A stretch of 5,727 nt of DNA from a virus: IMG/VR virus record IMGVR_UViG_3300013947_000018, positions 1-5,727 of that record; one strand, given 5' to 3'. Position numbers and translations under genes: made by a program. This document shows, piece by piece, positions 1-3,135 of this stretch; the stretch's first letter is position 1; each line of letters starts with the position of its first letter. Under the pieces are notes generated by a model. That model had not been told where the DNA came from, ran no database searches, and saw only the letters and a program-made list of their open reading frames with translations.

Positions 1-78
1 ACGGAATCAGTTCGCCGGAGTCGAATGTGGTTAAAATGGTCTGGTCTCGCTTGAATGTGCTACGGGACATGTGTTGCT
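1..78. repeat. Terminal redundancy, copy 1 of a 78-nt exact direct repeat (partner 5650-5727). It is the signature of a circular genome linearised with overlap.
   Basis: By direct comparison, acggaatcagttcgccggagtcgaatgtggttaaaatggtctggtctcgcttgaatgtgctacgggacatgtgttgct occurs at 1-78 and again at 5650-5727 with no mismatch. The repeat lies inside the VP1 coding sequence, so it is an assembly or permutation overlap rather than a biological LTR. Confidence 0.95.
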
Positions 79-118
79 GTGGTACGTTTAAGAAGTGTCG
101 TTCATTGTTTCGATTCAT
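1..118 (-). CDS. VP1: 5' end of the major capsid protein VP1 gene, seen across the circular junction. The proposed true start is the ATG at 118..116.
   Basis: The minus strand from 118 reads in frame ATG AAT CGA AAC AAT GAA CGA CAC TTC TTA AAC GTA CCA CAG CAA CAC ATG AGC..., that is MNRNNERHFLNVPQQH followed by MSRSTFKRDQ. This adds 16 codons upstream of the track's start at 70 (=5719). The ATG at 118..116 overlaps the TGA at 117..115 of the upstream ORF (ATGA coupling). A GAAGAGG Shine-Dalgarno sits 7 nt upstream. The ATG at 70 has no SD (CCACAGCAACACATG). From memory, the HF.NVP....RS.F pattern resembles gokushovirus VP1 N-termini. Confidence 0.7.
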   Translation of the reverse strand, partial: MNRNNERHFLNVPQQHMSRSTFKRDQTILTTFDSGELIP

Positions 119-540
119 TCTTTTGCCTCTTCTTTCGTCACTTTGTCATTTGCTTGGCTCTGATCGGCGTCTCTTTTATTGGCCTCTTTCGTCATTTTGC
201 TTAAATTTTGAAGCTCCATTGCTTTTGCCTGTGCGGTTGCAATCATTTTGTGGTATTCGTGAATGTTGGTCGGCCAATTGGTGATATCGATTTCTTCTCC
301 CGTCTGCGTGCCGGCGCTTAATGCTGTAGCAAATTCCGGGTCAAAGCTTGCTTTTCTGACGATGCTTTTAATGTCGCATTCGTCTGCATAGCTTTCAATT
401 TCGGCTTGGATGTCGATTGGTGTGGTTTCCTGTAAATAATCTTCGTTTTTTTCGTTTTTGCTCCAAACGTATTGTTTACGTTCGGTTTTGCCTGATTCAG
501 AAAAGAAGGGCTTTCGCCCTTCCTCATAGGTTTTATTCAT
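115..540 (-). CDS. Internal scaffolding protein, VP3-like, 141 aa from the ATG at 540. The track's 177-aa version starts at a TTG at 648.
   Basis: The ATG at 540..538 is preceded by GGGAGGG with an 8-nt spacer and overlaps the upstream ORF's stop (533..535) by 8 nt. The product MNKTYEEGRK... is acidic and predicted helical. Its motif ADECDIKSIVRKA, followed by an EYH...A.AKA helix, resembles the gokushovirus VP3 (Chlamydia-phage scaffold family) signature D-E-C-D-I-N-x-I as I recall it. The gene sits immediately upstream of VP1. Confidence 0.55.
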   Translation of the reverse strand: MNKTYEEGRKPFFSESGKTERKQYVWSKNEKNEDYLQETTPIDIQAEIESYADECDIKSIVRKASFDPEFATALSAGTQTGEEIDITNWPTNIHEYHKMIATAQAKAMELQNLSKMTKEANKRDADQSQANDKVTKEEAKE

Positions 541-775
541 GTGCTTTGCCCTCCCATACCTTCTCCGGTTCAATGCTGGTGAATTTGCCGGTTTCATCAT
601 CAAAGTCCGCGATGTGATAGCCGGTGTAATCCTGCGGACACTGGCCAATCATGGTTTTTTCGTCTTTTTCCATAATTTCCATCATGCGCCGGAACGTGTT
701 GTTATTTTTATCTTCGCTTACTCGAATGTAGCACTTTGCCTGACGGTCGTAGATGCCATAATACGGATGATTCAT
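533..775 (-). CDS. Small non-structural protein, gokushovirus VP5/ORF5-like, 80 aa.
   Basis: The ATG at 775 is preceded by AAAAGGAGGAAAAACA (a strong SD). The segment PQDYTGYHIADFDDETGKF matches the P-E-D-Y-x-L-x-x-I-G-x-F-D-x-x-T-G pattern I associate with ORF5/VP5 of Chlamydia and Bdellovibrio microviruses. This is recalled, not searched. Confidence 0.5.
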   Translation of the reverse strand: MNHPYYGIYDRQAKCYIRVSEDKNNNTFRRMMEIMEKDEKTMIGQCPQDYTGYHIADFDDETGKFTSIEPEKVWEGKAHE

Positions 776-789
776 TGTTTTTCCTCCTT

Positions 790-912
790 TTACAGTCTGA
801 TGCCACCGCGCATAGGCTTCTGGGTCAGGTTGATTGTTTTGGTCTTGCGTGCAGTTGCGTTGAATATTTTCTTATCTTTTGCCGGATTTGGTTTACTCCG
901 ATGTCGTCCCAT
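790..912 (-). CDS. Unlisted 40-aa, highly basic ORF. Candidate DNA-binding/packaging protein, analogous to phiX174 J or gokushovirus ORF8/VP8.
   Basis: Hand translation of the minus strand gives MGRHRSKPNPAKDKKIFNATARKTKTINLTQKPMRGGIRL* (7 K, 5 R, 1 H, 1 D). The ATG at 912..910 is preceded by GAAGGGAG with a 7-nt spacer. The ORF overlaps the 3' end of the 77-aa ORF by 20 nt. Its TAA (792..790) runs straight into the SD of the next gene. It falls below the length cut-off of the supplied ORF track. Confidence 0.55.
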   Translation of the reverse strand: MGRHRSKPNPAKDKKIFNATARKTKTINLTQKPMRGGIRL

Positions 913-1126
913 CTTTATACTCCCTTCGGATTAGTTCAAGCTCGATACTGTTTGCAAATCTTTTTGCCGCCCAAATTTGATCGACCATTTTTTTTGCGTC
1001 ATCGATGTTGCTTATTTTTCGCAGTAGCTTGAAATCTGCATTTATTTCTTTGTATTTGCATTGTAGTATGTCCATTAGTGATTCTTCGGTCTGGTCTCTG
1101 ACGTTCCATGTTTTGAATTTGTTCAT
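893..1126 (-). CDS. Hypothetical protein, 77 aa, no recognisable family.
   Basis: The ATG at 1126 is preceded by GACAAGGAGTAAAAC (AAGGAG SD). The gene is co-oriented and tightly packed with its neighbours. The product is charged, predicted helical, and has no transmembrane segment. Confidence 0.55.
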   Translation of the reverse strand: MNKFKTWNVRDQTEESLMDILQCKYKEINADFKLLRKISNIDDAKKMVDQIWAAKRFANSIELELIRREYKDGTTSE

Positions 1127-1129
1127 GTT

Positions 1130-1234
1130 TTACTCCTTGTCGTGCAGTGCGTGATAGATTTCGTCAAGCTTTTCTAAAATATCCATCATGAGTTTAATTG
1201 CTTGTTTGACATCTTTGATGCTAATAAGCGCCAT
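1130..1234 (-). CDS. Possible 34-aa micro-ORF (MALISIKDVKQAIKLMMDILEKLDEIYHALHDKE).
   Basis: The ATG at 1234..1232 lies 3 nt after the peptidase stop and is preceded by AAAGGGGGTATAAAAA. Its TAA (1132..1130) lies 3 nt before the next ATG, and the next gene's SD is embedded in its last codons. It exactly fills an otherwise non-coding gap. Evidence is positional only. Confidence 0.35.
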   Translation of the reverse strand: MALISIKDVKQAIKLMMDILEKLDEIYHALHDKE

Positions 1235-1237
1235 TTT

Positions 1238-1627
1238 TTATACCCCCTTTCTATACTTTACTTCTCGGACGTCTACGTGGACAAAATTGCTGTAACGGAT
1301 AACCCCGCCGTAGTTTTCCATGAGTTCGTCCGCGTATTTTGCAATTAGGCCTGTGCTGACTCCCTTGATTCGGATATCTGCGGCCATGCCTTTGCAATGA
1401 TAACTATTTCCGCTTCCACCTACTGTGCTATTCCAGCTTGGCGTTCTGTAGCCGCTGTTGATGATTACAGGTTTGCTGAAGTGTTCGCGGATTTGTTCCA
1501 GGATTGCGATTAGATCGGTACTCACCAATAATTCGTCGCTTCCGTCTTTGGAGGCCATTTCTTTTGCGTTGAAGTGTTCACTTACATTTCCGAAACTTCT
1601 GTTGATGCAATAAATGAGTGTTGCCAT
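1238..1627 (-). CDS. Zinc D,D- or L,D-peptidase of the M15/LAS superfamily (Peptidase_M15_3 / VanY-like). Putative peptidoglycan hydrolase (endolysin), 129 aa from the ATG at 1627.
   Basis: The metal-binding signature S-x-H-x-x-G-x-A-x-D is present as SYHCKGMAAD (1405..1376). The distal ligand motif is present as FVHVDVR, and a preceding SGYRTPSWN motif is also there. I prefer the ATG at 1627 because GAAGAGGTGG lies 6 nt upstream and the sigma70 promoter lies about 80 nt upstream. The track's start at 1816 has no SD, lies inside the iteron array, and is upstream of that promoter. Confidence 0.85.
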   Translation of the reverse strand: MATLIYCINRSFGNVSEHFNAKEMASKDGSDELLVSTDLIAILEQIREHFSKPVIINSGYRTPSWNSTVGGSGNSYHCKGMAADIRIKGVSTGLIAKYADELMENYGGVIRYSNFVHVDVREVKYRKGV

Positions 1628-1706
1628 GTTTACCACCTCTTCAATTGTCAATGTTTTCGCTTTCACTGATGAAATGAGCTGTCCAGCCAAGCTCCTTGCA
1701 CTTTCT

Positions 1707-1735
1707 ATTTTAATGTTTACCTGCGTCGAAGTCAA
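1707..1735 (-). promoter_or_regulatory. Sigma70-type promoter driving the whole minus-strand gene block.
   Basis: The minus strand reads AAAAAAAACC TTGACT TCGACGCAGGTAAACAT TAAAAT AGAAAG. The -35 TTGACT is at 1735..1730, the spacer is 17 nt, and the -10 TAAAAT is at 1712..1707. An A-tract (UP-like) lies just upstream. It is the only such match I found in the non-coding region, though my scan was not exhaustive. Confidence 0.6.
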
Positions 1736-1803
1736 GGTTTTTTTTGCGTATGCGAAAAAAATTTTGAGTTCGGCACAGGTTGCCCGCCGCAGGCGAGTTT
1801 TCA

Positions 1804-1834
1804 ACACTTTCAACATTTCAACAAGTTTTCAACA
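1804..1834. repeat. 31-nt direct repeat, copy A (acactttcaacatttcaacaagttttcaaca).
   Basis: It matches 1868-1898 at 30/31 positions (c to t at position 26). The period is 64 nt. Confidence 0.9.
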
Positions 1835-1840
1835 TAAATA

Positions 1841-1860
1841 TGCACAAAGGCTTTTGTGCA
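1841..1860. other. Perfect hairpin/palindrome TGCACAAA-GGCT-TTTGTGCA, centred between the two 31-nt repeats.
   Basis: The 8-bp stem is 1841-1848 paired with 1853-1860, and the 4-nt loop is 1849-1852. All pairs are Watson-Crick. Confidence 0.8.
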
Positions 1861-1867
1861 ATTTGCT

Positions 1868-1898
1868 ACACTTTCAACATTTCAACAAGTTTTTAACA
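1868..1898. repeat. 31-nt direct repeat, copy B (acactttcaacatttcaacaagtttttaaca).
   Basis: 30/31 identity to 1804-1834. Confidence 0.9.
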
Positions 1899-2010
1899 AA
1901 ACTTTCAACATGAAAATTCTTTAGAATTTTACGCTTTAACGTTCATTTTTAGTGGTTTTCAACTTTTTCACATACACTACTACTACGACTACAACAAGTT
2001 AGAAAAATAT

Positions 2011-2057
2011 TGCGCGCGCGCGCACGTGCGCGCTTCGTGCGCGTGTGCGCGTGCGCT
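2011..2057. repeat. Alternating purine-pyrimidine (CG/TG)n tract, Z-DNA-prone, that can fold into a long hairpin.
   Basis: 2011-2033 (tgcgcgcgcgcgcacgtgcgcgc) is 23 nt of perfect R/Y alternation. 2036-2056 (cgtgcgcgtgtgcgcgtgcgc) is 21 nt of the same. Only tt separates them. 2018-2033 is a 16-nt perfect palindrome (gcgcgcacgtgcgcgc). 2014-2033 can pair with 2037-2056. The tract sits in an otherwise AT-rich spacer and is flanked on both sides by AAATAT. Confidence 0.9.
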
Positions 2058-2065
2058 CTAAATAT

Positions 2066-2103
2066 AGAAAAAAGCCCAGTACTTACTTGATAGGTACTGG
2101 GCT
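2066..2103 (-). terminator. Rho-independent terminator ending the VP1-VP2-VP4 transcript.
   Basis: The minus strand reads AGCCCAGTAC-CTATCAAGTAA-GTACTGGGCT followed by TTTTTC. The 10-bp perfect stem is 2073-2082 paired with 2094-2103, and the loop is 11 nt. The hairpin begins 12 nt after the VP4 stop codon (2118..2116). Confidence 0.8.
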
Positions 2104-2115
2104 AGGTGACACCGA

Positions 2116-3135
2116 TTAGAGAATTCCACGTTTTTTTGATGATTTTTTAATTACTCGTTCTTTAGTCTTTAGTTCGTTCCAGTAATCATGGTTTTCATAT
2201 TTTAATCGGCTTTCTTCGATTAGTTTTCTTTGCCTTTCGCGTTTGATTTCCCACAGTCTTTGTGGGTTTTCCTGTTCCATCATTTTTTCGTAGTATCTTG
2301 GTATCTGTGCTCTTTTTCCGTTGCTACACTGTATATAGCCTTTATTCCAGATTTCTTCTTTGTGTTTTTGGTAGTATTCATCTCCAAGCCCCGGTTTTAG
2401 GCTCATGCATGCAAATGGCTTTGGTTGTCCCAATTCGTAATATACATTTGCTTTTTCACCGTTAAACTCGTACATTTTTTTGGTTACATATCCCGCTACA
2501 TACCTGTATGTTTCCGGTACTGCCTGTGCAATTTGAATATTGCCCATGCCCCATAGATTAGACATCCATTTACTTGTGAAATATCCGTTGTGTCTGGTTT
2601 TGTAGAGATGTTTTAGGTCTGTTGGTTTCCAACCATATAAGATCATGTGATAGTGTGGTCTTGCTGTTTGTTCTCCGTACTCTCCTGCACAGAAATAACG
2701 TAATTTTCCCTTGCTGGCTTTCCTGAGGCGTTTTAGGAATTTTTGAATGTCTGTATACAGTAGAATTTGAACCGCGTCAGGCGCTTTGCTAGAGCCATTC
2801 CAGACGTATTGCGCTTTTCGCACTATTTCGCCTGTTTTAAGTATCATTCCCGGCACGTGTTCATCATCGTATGTTAGAGTGATAAACCATACTTCATCCG
2901 GTGTGTAGTTCCGTGCTTCTAGTTCTATTCTTGTTGTCCAATCTTCCCGCTGTCTGATTCTGCATCCGATGCATTGCCCACACGGAATTAGCATTACTCT
3001 TTGATTGTACATTACATCTTCATATTTTAGCTGTTTTCCGGATAATTCAGAAAAGCGGGCAAGTGTATACACCCGCCCGCTGATTTCTTTGTTTTCCGGG
3101 TTGTACAGCCTGATTAAAGGCTTGTAACAACTCAT
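2116..3135 (-). CDS. VP4: Replication initiation protein VP4: HUH rolling-circle endonuclease, phiX174 gpA family, 339 aa.
   Basis: Microvirus Rep motifs are present. These are PCGQCIGCR (Cys cluster), FITLTYDD (motif 1), PHYHMILYG (HUH motif, with H161 and H163 at 2655..2647) and YRYVAGYVTKK (paired catalytic tyrosines Y-x-x-x-Y, 2508..2476; compare phiX174 YVAKYVNK). The start overlaps the VP2 stop as ATGA (3135..3132). Confidence 0.95.
   Translation of the reverse strand: MSCYKPLIRLYNPENKEISGRVYTLARFSELSGKQLKYEDVMYNQRVMLIPCGQCIGCRIRQREDWTTRIELEARNYTPDEVWFITLTYDDEHVPGMILKTGEIVRKAQYVWNGSSKAPDAVQILLYTDIQKFLKRLRKASKGKLRYFCAGEYGEQTARPHYHMILYGWKPTDLKHLYKTRHNGYFTSKWMSNLWGMGNIQIAQAVPETYRYVAGYVTKKMYEFNGEKANVYYELGQPKPFACMSLKPGLGDEYYQKHKEEIWNKGYIQCSNGKRAQIPRYYEKMMEQENPQRLWEIKRERQRKLIEESRLKYENHDYWNELKTKERVIKKSSKKRGIL

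Larger units (their letters stand above)
1797..1964. repeat. Iteron array: 8 copies of TTCAAC(A/T) plus one degenerate copy (TTTAACA).
   Basis: Plus-strand TTCAACA starts at 1800, 1809, 1817, 1828, 1873, 1881 and 1904. TTTAACA starts at 1892 and TTCAACT at 1958. The minus-strand reading is TGTTGAA(A). The whole array lies in non-coding DNA between terminator and promoter. Confidence 0.85.

Noticed and set aside
71-114. Apparent 44-nt intergenic gap before the VP1 ATG at 70, containing a 5-codon mini-ORF (MNDTS*).
   Set aside because: Once the circle is closed, this segment is in frame with VP1 and is better explained as its N-terminal 16 codons. The mini-ORF is in another frame and has no SD.
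318-527. Minus-strand 69-aa lysine-rich ORF in an alternative frame inside the VP3-like gene, a possible phiX-style overlapping gene.
   Set aside because: There is no SD upstream (AATAAAACCT ATG). The basic composition is the expected frameshift image of a Glu/Lys-rich gene. Nothing distinguishes it from a chance open frame. It would need conservation evidence in relatives.
541-648. The long 177-aa version of the VP3-like ORF (115..648).
   Set aside because: Its start codon is TTG (caa on the plus strand at 646-648). It would overlap the VP5-like gene by 116 nt in another frame. The added Arg/Pro/Thr-rich N-terminus looks like out-of-frame read-through. The ATG at 540 has a GGGAGGG SD and a tidy 8-nt overlap with the upstream stop.
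27-1032. Plus-strand ORFs 27..284, 417..617, 539..934 and 736..1032 (66-131 aa).
   Set aside because: All lie antisense to SD-supported minus-strand genes. Their products are Leu/Phe/Cys/Arg-rich, the typical composition of shadow frames opposite A/G-rich coding DNA. None has a convincing SD or promoter, and known microviruses transcribe one strand only.
1741-1762. TTTTTTGCG-TAT-GCGAAAAAAA pseudo-palindrome upstream of the -35 element.
   Set aside because: Only the T6/A6 arms are complementary, since GCG and GCG do not pair, so it is not a real hairpin. It is more simply read as an A-tract (UP-element-like) on the coding strand.
1628-1816. N-terminal 63-residue extension of the peptidase (the track's start at 1816).
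   Set aside because: The ATG at 1816 lies inside an iteron and has no SD. It is also upstream of the TTGACT-17-TAAAAT promoter, so it would not be on that transcript. The catalytic domain is complete from the SD-supported ATG at 1627.
1614-1913. Plus-strand 99-aa ORF spanning the control region.
   Set aside because: It starts inside the peptidase gene on the wrong strand and runs through iterons and the hairpin. It has a low-complexity hydrophobic composition and no SD.
1797-1964. Whether the short repeats could be a CRISPR array or a tandem satellite.
   Set aside because: The repeat unit is only 7 nt, with 1-4 nt 'spacers' inside clusters. There is no 25-40-nt repeat/spacer periodicity. 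The pattern fits iterons or binding sites instead.
1971-1998. Triplet-periodic stretch cat aca cta cta cta cga cta caa caa g (coding strand ...TAG TCG TAG TAG TAG...).
   Set aside because: It is a short, degenerate microsatellite-like run with no ORF context, and it lies downstream of the terminator. The in-phase TAGs could stop read-through translation, but I cannot support a function. It may simply be slippage-derived spacer.
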